The translations under genes and the position numbers were made by a program. DNA of 64,000 nucleotides from a virus (Duplodnaviria; Caudoviricetes), in the IMG/VR virus record IMGVR_UViG_3300037400_003531, positions 5,532 to 69,531 of that record. One strand, given 5' to 3'. This document shows, in pieces, positions 37,616 through 49,600 of the stretch (within the stretch, counting starts at the first letter, position 1; the number at the start of each line of letters is the position of its first letter). Below the pieces are notes generated by a model. It saw only the letters and a list, made by a program, of their open reading frames with translations, was not told the DNA's origin and did not search any database.

Positions 37616-37669
37616 TGCAAAATTACAATGTACTTCCCTCTCTGAATTCCATTTAAAGGTTCATCCTTT
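37616..37669 (-). promoter_or_regulatory. Boxed (putative late) promoter 4, for capsid operon
   Basis: -7 box TAATTTTGCA at 37616-37625; dyad aaaggttcatccttt at 37655-37669; 29-nt gap. Confidence 0.8.
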
Positions 37670-37706
37670 ATTCATGTCTATCTAATCTATCTTTTCTATC
37701 TATCTT

Positions 37707-37760
37707 AAAGTTTCAACCTTTTTACTCTTTTTCCTACACATTTTTTCTCCTATCTTTGCA
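37707..37760 (+). promoter_or_regulatory. Boxed (putative late) promoter 5, for + strand cargo genes
   Basis: Dyad aaagtttcaaccttt at 37707-37721; -7 box TATCTTTGCA at 37751-37760; 29-nt gap. Confidence 0.8.
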
Positions 37761-37781
37761 ACTAATTAATAATTCAATATT

Positions 37782-39245
37782 ATGGCAACTTTTTTCGCAC
37801 CCACGCCTACATACAAGGCTCCTACTTTCCAGGAACTCGCTGCCCCGCTCGAAATCTATCGGCAGGCCTACAGCCAGTTGGAAGAAAAATATGATGCCGA
37901 GAAAGACAAAGCGGCTATGCTTCAAGCTATGCTCGGCACAGACCCTGACAACGAAATCAACAATTACATGGCCGATTACAACGCCCTCATGGACCAGACC
38001 GCCCGGGCATATTCCAATGGCACTCTGCCTTATTCTCAGCTGGTCCAAAACTATAAACAACTTCGCAATATATGGCAGGACAAAGGTGTTAAGATGACCG
38101 CCGCCATCGATGCATTCACCAAATACAAGGATGCAAAAAGCAAGATGCCTGGCGCGATAGGTCCCGAATATTCTCTCAGCGACTTCCTCAAACAGCCTAC
38201 CCGCCAGTACAGCTTCATCAACACTGCCGACGTGGAGAAACAGAGCGCAAACTTGTTCAAGAGCATATCTGCTAGTATGCCTCCGCAGGTACGCGGAAGC
38301 TTTATGAACGACGCCATGATTATGATGTCACAAGGAATGTCGGCTAATGATATTCTCGGACTGATGCAGCAAGACTCTCCATACTCTCCTTTCGTCCAAA
38401 ATATCCAAGGAATGTACGGCGACGAGTACGTCAACCTTGACGACAACAGCAAGCGTAAATATGACATGGCTATCCAACGCGGTGCTATCGCAGGTCTCGA
38501 ACAGATGAAAGCAATGGAGAATCCTAAGCTCGACCAGCAGCTGAAACAAATGAGGTTGGCTACTTCTAACCTAGCATACCAAGACGCCCTTATCGACCAC
38601 AACATCAAGGTCACGTTAAACAACACTTGGGCACAGCTTCCTGACGGTACTTATGTGAACGGTCTAGGTGTTCCAAGTTCAACTGTACCCAAAGGTGCAA
38701 ATATCGTAGATTATACGACCTTGGAACAAGTAGCAAATAGTGGTAAGTCTAAGAAGTCTAAAAATATAGATCCATCTGTATACTCTTTTGAAAATGTCTA
38801 TGGCTATCCCGACATTAACGAACATCCGACTATGAAAGGCTTTGCCAATGTGGTTAATTCTGACCCAATGAAAATCAATCCCAATAAAAAACTTGACAAC
38901 CTGCCCGCTTCTGGATTCTCCTTCTATGATGGTAATGAAACTAAAATAACATTAAAACCAGTGGCAGCGTTTAACGCAAAAGGTGAAGTTGTAATGGGAG
39001 TAAATGAAAAAGGCAAAAAGGTGAACAATATAGGCGATGCGGAAACGGGCACTATTGTCGGATATGGCTTCTATAAAGGCAACCCCATACGCAACAACAT
39101 CAACGCCAATATCAAGACAGGTTTCTCAACCGCTATACCTATGAAAGTACAGGAAGCTATTAAGGCTGATCCAAATCTCGACAATCCGGACTACGTTATT
39201 ATGAAAACCAAGAGCGACAATTATGTCGTAATGACTGCTAAATAA
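37782..39245 (+). CDS. Virion cargo protein
   Basis: TYKAPTFQELAAPLEIYRQAYSQLEEKY resembles the crAss-like cargo gene that normally follows C1; AT-richer C-terminal domain. Confidence 0.7.
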   Translation: MATFFAPTPTYKAPTFQELAAPLEIYRQAYSQLEEKYDAEKDKAAMLQAMLGTDPDNEINNYMADYNALMDQTARAYSNGTLPYSQLVQNYKQLRNIWQDKGVKMTAAIDAFTKYKDAKSKMPGAIGPEYSLSDFLKQPTRQYSFINTADVEKQSANLFKSISASMPPQVRGSFMNDAMIMMSQGMSANDILGLMQQDSPYSPFVQNIQGMYGDEYVNLDDNSKRKYDMAIQRGAIAGLEQMKAMENPKLDQQLKQMRLATSNLAYQDALIDHNIKVTLNNTWAQLPDGTYVNGLGVPSSTVPKGANIVDYTTLEQVANSGKSKKSKNIDPSVYSFENVYGYPDINEHPTMKGFANVVNSDPMKINPNKKLDNLPASGFSFYDGNETKITLKPVAAFNAKGEVVMGVNEKGKKVNNIGDAETGTIVGYGFYKGNPIRNNINANIKTGFSTAIPMKVQEAIKADPNLDNPDYVIMKTKSDNYVVMTAK

Positions 39246-39253
39246 ATTTCATT

Positions 39254-42200
39254 ATGCCTATACCTCATTATCTAGAAAGCTCTGCTGCCATACGTCAAAG
39301 ACAGTACGAAATACGTCAAAAAGCCTTGCAAGATAGACGAGACTATTATTTGCGTACGCATCCCGTAGAGGCAAATCTTCAAGAACAAGAACGGCAAAAT
39401 GCTGAACAAGCCCAACAATTGGTGAATATCCAGGAACAAAATCCTAGAACCTTTTGGGATAATATGTTCAACCAAAAGCCTATTGAAGCGGAACTGAATC
39501 CTCTTTATGCCATCGATTCGCCGACTTTGATGGGTCTGCAACGCGACCAGTTGAAAGATGTGCCTTATTTCGATCCTCAACCTATCAACAACTGGAAACA
39601 AACTTTCTTGTTCCGTCAAGGCACTGTAAGAGCTACACAGCAAGACAGACTTGCAATGTTCGGCATGGATGACTGGTCAAAAGGGGAATTAAAGAATATC
39701 CGCTATAACTACAATCTTCTTCGTTCCAACGGCAAATTCGATTTGGCCCAACAATACCTAAACGACGTTGTAAACGACAGGTACAAGCTGGTGGCAACCG
39801 AAACAATGCCGCAACGCCAGCGTGATAACTTGATCCGTCAGCGTCAAATACAATCTGGACAGAAATATGACAACGTAGACGTAAGCTCTAATTCCACTAA
39901 GGCTATCATGCACGACCTGCTACCTAACTACCGCGAGTTTGAGAACTCCAAGAACCATCTTGGTCATAGATACCTCGACTTCTCAGACGCGGAACTGTCA
40001 ATGATTGGTAGCAAATGGAAAGACATCTTACGAATGTATGGTGAAAACGACGCCTACACTTTCCTATACAACACAGTCCAGCAACGTATTGCTGACAACA
40101 CTCCCCTAGGACAACGCGTAGTCAATGCAGGCTACGGTCTTATCACCAACGGAGTATCTACTGTCGCTTCGTTAGCAGGTATGTTAGGCAGTGTATTTGA
40201 CTTCAATGCCTCTAACAACGCAGCTTATAACCCTAACGACAATTGGATTCAGAACAGAATCAATATAGGCATCGACAATGCCGTGACCCGCTGGGCAAAA
40301 GACCTTATGGAATATCAGACGTGGAACCCGAACAACATCACTGACGATATGAGGGCTATCGGTGGACGGTTCGCAGGTGCCATGCGTGGCCCAGGACAGG
40401 ACGTTTTCAACGACCCTTGGCTGCTGATTCCCGAAACCGTCAAGCAGCTAGGCTACATGGCTGGCTTTATGACAGGCTCAGTTGCCTTGTCCGCAACTAC
40501 AAGAGCTACCACAAAGGCTTTGAATAAGACTGTCACTAACATAATCAAGAACGCTGGTAAGAACACGTTGGCTACTCAAAAAGCATTGACAAAGTTCAAC
40601 AACGTCATGGCTTCTACCGATCATGCACTGAACCTGCTCAACGCTGGCGTGGTATCATCCGTAGAAGGTGTCCAGAACGCTATCGGCACTTACGATGACG
40701 CACAGCATGGCGAATACCAGGCACTTGCCACCAAACTGGGTCTTAACCCACAGCAGAATTCCACTTTTGAGGATATTTTGAACAACCTCACGCTTCATCA
40801 GATGGCTGACATGGGAGCTTCTTCTGAGGACCCTCAGCAAATCTATGACCGTCTATATCAGCAAAACTACGAGAACTTGCGCGGTTATAACGATATGATT
40901 GTTGACAAAAGTCGTGAAGCCGCACGAAAGGACTTCTGGGTGAACGCAGCCATTAACGGCCCTATCAACATGGCTACTCAGCAGTTTCTGTTCAGCCCTG
41001 CCGTTCGTGATGCTATCCATGGCTCCCGTGTGAACAAAGCACTCCGTCAGCGTACCGAGCCTGCAAGACAGAGAAGACTTGAAAGAGTCAACGCAAGAAG
41101 AACAAAAAAAGGCAAAGAGCCTATTGTTATGGGTGAAGACTATATCAACCCAACATGGGCTATAGTGAAAGGTGCTATCGGTGAGGGCCTGGAGGAATAT
41201 CTACAAGAGGCATCTACCGAAGCAGCACAGGGCGCATCCCTGCACTATGTCGACCAATTCTTGAAAGACTATTCCAATGCTGACGCAATCGAAATATTCT
41301 CCGACGGACTCTCAGACGCTGACGAACCCGACATCCCTACTATCGGTTCTTACTTCCGTTCTGCCGGTAAGGCACTGTTTTCACGTCAGGCAGCCGAGAG
41401 CCTGCTTCTCGGAACTATTGGTGGAATGTTAGTGCCAAGTTTCAACGTCACTGCAAAGGCAAAAGACGGTAGCGATAGAAATGTATGGCTGCATAGAGGA
41501 CTACGTGAGGACGGTTCGGAAGAAACCCGCTGGCAGGCGATACGCCGTGCAATACCTCTCAGTTTCACGCCTGCAGCAAACGCTCGTGAGGCGATGGCAT
41601 ACAATAAGCAGATGGCTGAATACGAGAAAGAGGTCAAAGAACGCCTAGAGTCGATGGTTGGCGACAATCCAGAAAAACTGGAAGACCTCCGTTCTGTCGT
41701 CAAGCTCATAAGCCTGCAGGACCGCAAACAGGATGCCATGCTCAACCGTGACGATTTCGTTTACCGAAACACAAAGTTGGAAGAGGCAGTGGAACTCTCC
41801 TTACTTTTCCGCAGACGTCCCAACAGTAACGCCGCTAAGATGTATTATGATGCCATGCAGCGCATAGCTAACATGTCCGAGACTTCGGATGACGCAACAC
41901 AGCTGGCACAAATTGCTGCCGAGGCATTAGCTGATAACGACATGTATACCGACGACGATGGCAATCTAGACACCAAGGCTTTGTTCGGTCAGATTAAGGC
42001 TAACGCACAAAAGCTACTAGATATACGCGACCGGGTTGCCAAAGAGGACAAGCGACTTAACAGGCTCTACGGCTATAACCTTTCCGTGGATGCTCGCAAG
42101 GCTATGATATTTGGCAGCATCTTACAGGACAACCTTGCTGAACGCCTTGACAAACTCACTAACGAAGTAAGTGCTGTCACAAATCAGATATGGAAAGGCA

Positions 42201-45200
42201 ACTTTTCTGACAGAACGGCTTTCGTCGAGGACATTATGAAGTATCGTTCTATTGACAACGCCAACAATTTAAGAGCGCAGTATGAGGCCCGGCTTTCGGA
42301 AATCGAAAATCAATTAGCGAAAGAAGAGAACAAGGACAACCAAAAACTGAAAGACGAAAGAAAGGCTGTAAAGGACAAACTGGATGCTGTTGACAACTAT
42401 ATTGACGCACCAACTCCCTACATAGGTATCGCCACACCCGATGTCATAGCTTCCCTTTCGCCCGAACAGCGTAGCCGTTTCATACAGGACGTTCTCAATG
42501 ACGCTGCAAATGCAGAGAATAAGAGCAAACCCCATTACGACAAACAGCAACTTGAATTTATCAACAGCTTCTTTGAGCAAGGTAACCGTATAGACCCCGA
42601 CTTCGCTTCCAAGGCACGCGACCTCGGACGTGTACAAAAAGCCTACGAACAGACCGTAAATGACAATGCGGATATAGCCGCCAATCCGAACAAGCTGGCT
42701 GCACGCATCCGTACCAATCAAGCCATTGCCACATCACGCATCTATGAGAAACGTGTGGACAAACTCCAAAACGAAACCACACAAGAGGGCTTCGACAACG
42801 CGATGAACGACATCCGAAAGGATTTGAACGCTGCCCAATGGACGCAGTTGCAGTCTTACATTCTTTCCACTGAAATTGGAGAGTCAGAACTTTATAAGAA
42901 TTGGGCTAAAAGAAACGGATATGGCAAGATGATCCTTGGTCAAGACATCTATTACAAACTGGAAGAGCTGCGTCAAGAGTATTTGAAAGATGAGAATGCC
43001 GACAAAAATCAAGTCAATCTTACTTTCACCAATGTAGCGACAGTTGTACGTGCATTGCTTGAAACCGTTGATTCTATTGACAAACTACCCGAAGCCATTC
43101 AGAATTATCTGAAAAATGATAAAACATGTACGGAAGATATGAAAGATGTCTTTTTGAGACTTCTTCGCGACCTACCAAACATGATTTCTGTCAAAGAGAA
43201 CGCATCAAGACGAAAGAGCGAAACCCCTCCAGCAAAAAAAGGAAAGACAGAAAAGAAGAAAAAAGATGATGCAGAGATTGAGGCTAAACAAAGAAAGGAC
43301 GAAGCTGCAAAAGATGATATGCCGGCAGAGACCGATGATGAGGATAACCAGGTTGAACTTGAAATGGATGAGCTTCTTGAATTAGAAAGAAAAAAACAAG
43401 AAGAACGTAAAAAACAAGACACAAATACTCAGTCTAAGGAAGACAAAAAAAATAAAAAAGAAGATTTTAATGATGAAGATTTAGAGCCGAACACGGATTC
43501 TGACATTCTTGCTGATATTGTGGATAAACTATCTAATGTCGAAATCACGGACGAAATGTCGGACGATGAAATTGACTCAGCAATCAATGATGAAATTGGT
43601 ATGGACGAGATTGACAGCCTTTCTAACGAACAGCTGGACGATATTATCCATACGGTAAAACTCAACGAAAGAATTAAAATTTTCTTCCAAAACTTACTCG
43701 ACGACCGGACAACGCTGAAAGGAAGTCCAGACGAATCTATTGATGAAGCCGAAGCAGTAGACGAAAGTTCAGAAAACCCCGGCAAAATTCTTCCTCTCAA
43801 CGGCGATTCCGAAGAGCGTCTGCTAACCAGTCAGAAAAGGACTAAGTATGTGTTCTATGGGCATAGTGACGAAGAAAATACTCAGAAAGGTTCTATAGGT
43901 CCCAACAGTTCCATTGTCGATTTACTTGAACAACATGGAGCTTTGTCTTTTGTCAATAGTGGTAGATTTGCTGACATCATTCGTGCAAATCCTGATACTC
44001 CCATCTATTTCTTACGTTGGAAGCAAGACACTAGCCAAATGCCTTATCTTTTCCTGGCAATCGAGTCAGATGAAGGTGACATCGTTATGGATGGCCGTAC
44101 ATTCCAGATGGTAGGCTGCTTGGGTTATTCTGACGAAGAAGGAGCTGGAGAAGCCGAAAACCGGGTCATAAAGCAATTCCTATCTACAATCGACAAAGAT
44201 TCCGACTTTTTGAATGGTGACGATTTTGTGTCTACTGACATGTACACAACCAAGGTAAAACAACTTTACACTGGCAAGTATATTGAAAGCGAAGAACCTC
44301 ATGATGTAACTAATGAATGGCTTGACGGAAGACCACTCGCTCTGCAGTTCTACTACGGCCCGGAAGAACGTAACCATCCGATCGTCAATCTCCCTGACGA
44401 TGTTAATGAAGATGACATTTACAGACTTTATGTTGAAGATAAGGATGATGACCGGTACAACGGCTCTATTTGGCTTTATTTCAAAGTGGCTGACGGTCGT
44501 TGGTTTCCATCACAGGTTACGCTCAAAATGTTCGACAAATCAGGCTACGATTTGGATACAAACTGGGATACTCCTTTTGTCAAAGAACTTCGTGACCAAG
44601 CAGCTATAATCTTTGATAACTCCAAAAGTTTAGTAGAACGCTTAAAAGCCCGTTCCAAAATTTATGGATTACTCTATTTCCTTGAAAGAGACGAAAACGA
44701 TAGACCTTTTACACCTATCATTTTTGATGATGAACGCGTATCAATTTTGAATACTGGCGACTCTGCAAGTGAGAACTTGGAATCTCCTGAAGCATTAATC
44801 CGCTATATCTACGAGAATATCGAAACCCGCATATCTTTACATGATCATTATTTCGAAAAAGGAGAAAAGCCATATCAGAATATGCCATACGAGGATTTCA
44901 TCCTCCAGAGTGGACTCCTTTCAACTACTCACACTGTTGCCGGTAATGTGAATGGCGGTTTCACAGTATATGAAGGCACTGAAAACAAAGTCCAAAAGAA
45001 GCCTGTCGTAAGAACTAAACCTACTCATTCTACTGAACAACGCAAACCTTCCGAAAATATCAAAGTATCTATTGACGGCATAACCCGTGTTTATTACAGA
45101 ACAAAGGTCGGAGATAACTTTATCGTCACTGACAATGAGGCTAAAAAACAAAACCAAAAAATATCTTCTCTGATTTCTGCAATAATCGACAGCTTCAACA

Positions 45201-46552
45201 TACAAAATAAGGTAGTATCTTTCCAATTCAGCGGACGCACATACTTGGCAGAATTGAATTATCCCACAGAAGATTCAGTTGAGGTTGCTTGGATGGGTAC
45301 CGAAAAGCAATACTCTGAACGGAAAAAAGAAAAGGCTATGAAAGAAGCTGTTGAAGGTACAATCACCGGCACTAAGTCCCCTGCTCAACTTAGAGCAGAA
45401 AAGCTCAGCAATGCCCAAGACCAGTTCCAAGACTTTGAATTTGCAGAAGACGATTCTGCCGACGGCATTACGCTGAATGCAACAATCACTAATTCATTAG
45501 GTAAAGATGTGAACTACACTTTCAAAAAGTGCCACAGGATTGTTCTACGCAACTTCCCTGACTCCATCGTCTATGTCGGCTCTTTCGTCGGTGAAAATGG
45601 TAAGTTGGATACACAGTGTTTAACTGTTATTGTATGCGACAGGGACGGCAATGTCGTGGGATTTGAGTCATTCGATAACAATGATGGCTTAAAAACACGC
45701 AAGCCAAAGATGTATCCTAACGACGCATTCAACCGTGCCGCAGGTGTTTCTATCCCGAATTGGCTCGAACAGCAGGGACAGCAGTTATCTGCCGATGAAA
45801 AAGCTCCTGCTCCCAAAGAAGCTCCAATTCCTAAACACAATCCAGAAAACAAAGCTCCAAGGACTCGTTCTACCAAGACAAAAGAAGATACCGGCACAGA
45901 ACCTAATCTGAAAAGCAGCCAGCAAAAATCTTCTAATCGTATTGAGCCAAGCGCGGATGCGATCACCATGAAGCCTAAGTACAAAGGTGCCTCGGAAGAG
46001 AATTGGGAAAATCCAGCGAATGACGGGCTTTACCATGACGACCCAGAATTGGTAAGACTTTGGAACACCTACTGGTCTCTGAATACGCTTGAACGTACCG
46101 AATTCCTTATGGAACACCCCGACTTCTTGAAAGGTCCTCTACCACTCGCACAAGCTGTTGACCATCTTTGGGAAATGGTGAACCGTTCTATCATTCGCAG
46201 ATACCAGGAACAAGCAGAAGGCCCCGACGAGCATGGCACCATTAAGAAAGACGATGACGGCTACTGGCGTTGGAGTATTCTATTCCGCAATGCTCTTAAA
46301 GACGGCGAAAGCGATGAGGTAGGGAAGCAGCGTATCGTTCAAGAAGACATGAACAAATGGTTCGAGAAAGCCGGATTCACTTTCGGACCGTACAAGATAA
46401 AGGGCTCAGACTGGCTCCCATTCAAACGTGAATGCCTAAGCCGTGTATTATCAATGCCTATGGAACAAGGCCGCAAATGGGTAGAACAGATGTCAAACGC
46501 GACAAAAAGCGATGCCAAGGCTCTTGCTGAAACCCTCATCAACTGCCACTAA
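39254..46552 (+). CDS. Giant virion cargo protein (2432 aa)
   Basis: Hydrophobic/Gly-rich segments, GEGLEEYLQE motif, long coiled coils, acidic linker. Confidence 0.75.
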   Translation: MPIPHYLESSAAIRQRQYEIRQKALQDRRDYYLRTHPVEANLQEQERQNAEQAQQLVNIQEQNPRTFWDNMFNQKPIEAELNPLYAIDSPTLMGLQRDQLKDVPYFDPQPINNWKQTFLFRQGTVRATQQDRLAMFGMDDWSKGELKNIRYNYNLLRSNGKFDLAQQYLNDVVNDRYKLVATETMPQRQRDNLIRQRQIQSGQKYDNVDVSSNSTKAIMHDLLPNYREFENSKNHLGHRYLDFSDAELSMIGSKWKDILRMYGENDAYTFLYNTVQQRIADNTPLGQRVVNAGYGLITNGVSTVASLAGMLGSVFDFNASNNAAYNPNDNWIQNRINIGIDNAVTRWAKDLMEYQTWNPNNITDDMRAIGGRFAGAMRGPGQDVFNDPWLLIPETVKQLGYMAGFMTGSVALSATTRATTKALNKTVTNIIKNAGKNTLATQKALTKFNNVMASTDHALNLLNAGVVSSVEGVQNAIGTYDDAQHGEYQALATKLGLNPQQNSTFEDILNNLTLHQMADMGASSEDPQQIYDRLYQQNYENLRGYNDMIVDKSREAARKDFWVNAAINGPINMATQQFLFSPAVRDAIHGSRVNKALRQRTEPARQRRLERVNARRTKKGKEPIVMGEDYINPTWAIVKGAIGEGLEEYLQEASTEAAQGASLHYVDQFLKDYSNADAIEIFSDGLSDADEPDIPTIGSYFRSAGKALFSRQAAESLLLGTIGGMLVPSFNVTAKAKDGSDRNVWLHRGLREDGSEETRWQAIRRAIPLSFTPAANAREAMAYNKQMAEYEKEVKERLESMVGDNPEKLEDLRSVVKLISLQDRKQDAMLNRDDFVYRNTKLEEAVELSLLFRRRPNSNAAKMYYDAMQRIANMSETSDDATQLAQIAAEALADNDMYTDDDGNLDTKALFGQIKANAQKLLDIRDRVAKEDKRLNRLYGYNLSVDARKAMIFGSILQDNLAERLDKLTNEVSAVTNQIWKGNFSDRTAFVEDIMKYRSIDNANNLRAQYEARLSEIENQLAKEENKDNQKLKDERKAVKDKLDAVDNYIDAPTPYIGIATPDVIASLSPEQRSRFIQDVLNDAANAENKSKPHYDKQQLEFINSFFEQGNRIDPDFASKARDLGRVQKAYEQTVNDNADIAANPNKLAARIRTNQAIATSRIYEKRVDKLQNETTQEGFDNAMNDIRKDLNAAQWTQLQSYILSTEIGESELYKNWAKRNGYGKMILGQDIYYKLEELRQEYLKDENADKNQVNLTFTNVATVVRALLETVDSIDKLPEAIQNYLKNDKTCTEDMKDVFLRLLRDLPNMISVKENASRRKSETPPAKKGKTEKKKKDDAEIEAKQRKDEAAKDDMPAETDDEDNQVELEMDELLELERKKQEERKKQDTNTQSKEDKKNKKEDFNDEDLEPNTDSDILADIVDKLSNVEITDEMSDDEIDSAINDEIGMDEIDSLSNEQLDDIIHTVKLNERIKIFFQNLLDDRTTLKGSPDESIDEAEAVDESSENPGKILPLNGDSEERLLTSQKRTKYVFYGHSDEENTQKGSIGPNSSIVDLLEQHGALSFVNSGRFADIIRANPDTPIYFLRWKQDTSQMPYLFLAIESDEGDIVMDGRTFQMVGCLGYSDEEGAGEAENRVIKQFLSTIDKDSDFLNGDDFVSTDMYTTKVKQLYTGKYIESEEPHDVTNEWLDGRPLALQFYYGPEERNHPIVNLPDDVNEDDIYRLYVEDKDDDRYNGSIWLYFKVADGRWFPSQVTLKMFDKSGYDLDTNWDTPFVKELRDQAAIIFDNSKSLVERLKARSKIYGLLYFLERDENDRPFTPIIFDDERVSILNTGDSASENLESPEALIRYIYENIETRISLHDHYFEKGEKPYQNMPYEDFILQSGLLSTTHTVAGNVNGGFTVYEGTENKVQKKPVVRTKPTHSTEQRKPSENIKVSIDGITRVYYRTKVGDNFIVTDNEAKKQNQKISSLISAIIDSFNIQNKVVSFQFSGRTYLAELNYPTEDSVEVAWMGTEKQYSERKKEKAMKEAVEGTITGTKSPAQLRAEKLSNAQDQFQDFEFAEDDSADGITLNATITNSLGKDVNYTFKKCHRIVLRNFPDSIVYVGSFVGENGKLDTQCLTVIVCDRDGNVVGFESFDNNDGLKTRKPKMYPNDAFNRAAGVSIPNWLEQQGQQLSADEKAPAPKEAPIPKHNPENKAPRTRSTKTKEDTGTEPNLKSSQQKSSNRIEPSADAITMKPKYKGASEENWENPANDGLYHDDPELVRLWNTYWSLNTLERTEFLMEHPDFLKGPLPLAQAVDHLWEMVNRSIIRRYQEQAEGPDEHGTIKKDDDGYWRWSILFRNALKDGESDEVGKQRIVQEDMNKWFEKAGFTFGPYKIKGSDWLPFKRECLSRVLSMPMEQGRKWVEQMSNATKSDAKALAETLINCH

Positions 46553-46568
46553 TCAATATCACCAAATT

Positions 46569-46602
46569 AAAAAGGGTAGCCAATTTTGACTACCCTTTTT
46601 TT
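46569..46602. terminator. Bidirectional terminator between convergent cargo operons
   Basis: AAAAAGGGTAG-N10-CTACCCTTTTTTT. Confidence 0.85.
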
Positions 46603-46653
46603 GATTATATTATCTATTCCTTCTATCTTTTCTATCACCTCTATTCTTTTCGA

Positions 46654-49600
46654 CTATTTATACCCTCCCTCAAATATCGTGAATGCATAGTCCTCAGTGG
46701 TTAATTCATAGGCCTTCTTAATTTGTGAATACCAAGGTATCAAGCTCATCAAAGCCTTGTAGCCTTTGGAATGACCTTCATATCTTCCACTCTCGTAATA
46801 ATCAAACCAACTTGCAGGATTAATTACAGTAATTACATTTGAGGTAACATTCACAGCAGCGGCAGGAGACCTGAGTATTTTTAGTCCTTCTCCGATAATG
46901 TCAAGACCAGGAGTCATTGCAGCCGTTTCCATATACAAACGGTTCAATTGATACTTCAATTGCCTACCCCACCAACTGTCAAGACTGTCAATCCATTTCT
47001 TGTCATCGTCGTCATCACCTAGACCGAACAGGCCTCTCCCTAGCAATATCATCAAAACTACTTTAAAAAATGTCTCTACGCCAGCCATCTTGATATTGGC
47101 TTTCTCCTGTTCACTCAGTTCATTCCAGACGGTTTTTACCTTGAAATTTTGTTTTCTGATGTCACCTATCCAACGGAATACCGTCCGATAGTACCCTTCT
47201 ACCCAATCGTCTGCACTTGCCGACCAGTGGGATTTGCCATAACGTCTGCCAATACTTGCTGGCATCCATTGTCTGAACTGCATGACAAATCGTCCCCATA
47301 TTGAACGGTTTATCATTCCCTTGTCCAAGGCTCCGTATGCTCCGTGCATTCTATGGTTGGCATATTTCAGCTGCTGCTTCTTTTTCTCGAATTTCTTTCT
47401 ATCGAATTCTTCCCATACCACTTTGTCACCTTTGCGGACTTCTTCTTTTGTAAGCCTCTTCCCATCTGCATCAACAGGGTTCCCTGCCTCGTCGGTTTTC
47501 ATCACCATGGTGCCAGGTTTCACTCGCAAAACAGGAATCCCTTTTTCTTCATCTTGGACCACCTCATAACTGTCAAGGAGATTTGTTATTTTACCATCTG
47601 CATCTTTCGCAGCTATTCCATGTAACATAGCAAACATCGGTATGACATGCAAGTAATGTTCACCAATTTCCTGCATGAAGAACGAGGCACTTTCAAAACC
47701 ATCGCCAATAATTCGATACATGGCATTGTTGTATGTCTTTGTTCGTGTGATGCCATCATAGAAGTCATCCAGGCAGTCATACTCTTTCACAAGCATATCA
47801 AGCTTGTTGTCTTTCACATTGGCACCAATCTGTCTAAAATGACCGCACAATCCTGCAAAGTACCTACCATTTGCAATTCGCAAATCATTAATGTTGAAAA
47901 GACGCCCACCGGTAGAACTAATAAATATCTGCTGCGCTCCCATAACGATATTGTTAATACCGCTAAACACGTTTAAGCCCATTCCAAGTACGCTTACGTA
48001 ATTCTTCACTGCATCCCCAACCTTGGTCAACATGATGTCTTTCGAACCTATCTTGATACTCGATCCTGCATTCTTCCTTTTGCCATAAACGGCACTCAAT
48101 GTATATTGGTTGAGCAATTCACCCATACGCAACTGGGCCGCTTTCATGGTATGCTCTTCCTCTCTTTCTTCCTTGAATGCTTTGTATCTACGAAATAATT
48201 GGTAACTACCTGACCGTTGGGCTACCTCACGATCCATAAGCTGCTGCTTTGTTAGTTCTAACAAATCAACAATATTCGACATTTCATCATAGTTGATAAC
48301 CGATGCGGCGAAGGCAAGCATGGATGCGGAAAAGTCAGTGTTAAGGTCCTGCATATTGTCTAGGCGTTTCACATAGTATAATGGTACCCTATCATAGATG
48401 TTACCATGTGCATCAACGGTGACATATCTCTTTTTTTCTTGCTTGTCCATGTCCTTTTTGATTCCGGACTCGGTATCCACGCTTTCATTGTCACCAAAAT
48501 CAAGTTCAGTCTCTCGTTTTGCAAACAGATCTTGGATGCGTTGCCATAAGGCTTTGGGCTTTATTGACTGTAGTCCGCTCTTTCTCATCATTACCGCCTG
48601 ATGGACTCGCATGGAACCTTTGGGTGTCAACCCTGTAAGTTCTTTCTTTATCTCCATCATGGCATCATAGTATTCGCGTTGTGCTTCTGTCAATTTGTCA
48701 AGGGCATCAGATGGATAAAGATTCTTTTTGGGTACTTTTTCCGTATGGGTAACCTTTCTTCCATCAGGCCCCATCACTTCATATGACACTTCTTTCGTCC
48801 TTTCCTTCTCCCATGCCAACAAACGTCGATAAATCATACTGTTGCTTAGCGGTTTTCCTTTAGCGTCCAAAGCCCTTGATGTCTTTCTTTCTTCTTTGCC
48901 ATCTACCCTTCTCCATACAGCCGGATTTTCTTCGCTTACATCGCCTTTCAAATAACGTTTGAATTGCCGTCTTTCTTCATAGTATCTGTTATAGTCAATT
49001 TCGTCTATGATGTCGCCTGTCGGGTTTCCGTCATGGTCAAAGACATACATGAATTTTGTGTCGAGCTTGTTCTTTTCGGCCTGTTCCTGTATTTTTCCTA
49101 TACGGTATAACATTTCTTGCAGACGCTTATCTGTACGCATCCTAGCTGTCTTGACAATCCTGTCATATAAGGAAAGCAATGGATCCCCGGCATCTTCCAT
49201 GGCACATACTAGCCTGTCAAACATCGACACATCGCTGTCAGCTCTTTGCAGCAGGTCTTCCAGAACAAATGCGTCACCTTTGTTTCTACCCATCGTTGCC
49301 ACTTTGTCATCACCCCAATATTCTTTGAGGAAACTATAAACCAAATTAAATCGCAACGATTCATAGATACCGTTTGTCTCAGTGATAAGTTGGTTGAAAT
49401 CCTTTGCCGCATCCTTTAATGCGGTTATCTGTTCATTAGTAAGCGACTTTATCACTTCTTCACCCAAGGTCTTGTCAAGGTTTACCAGCTGGCTTACAAA
49501 ATCCCCATACACATTGATGAAGTCATACAGATTACGCAATGTCGAGGCTGTATCTTTCATCCTTCTCAACCGCAGTTGGTCGCTACCAACAGACAGTTTG

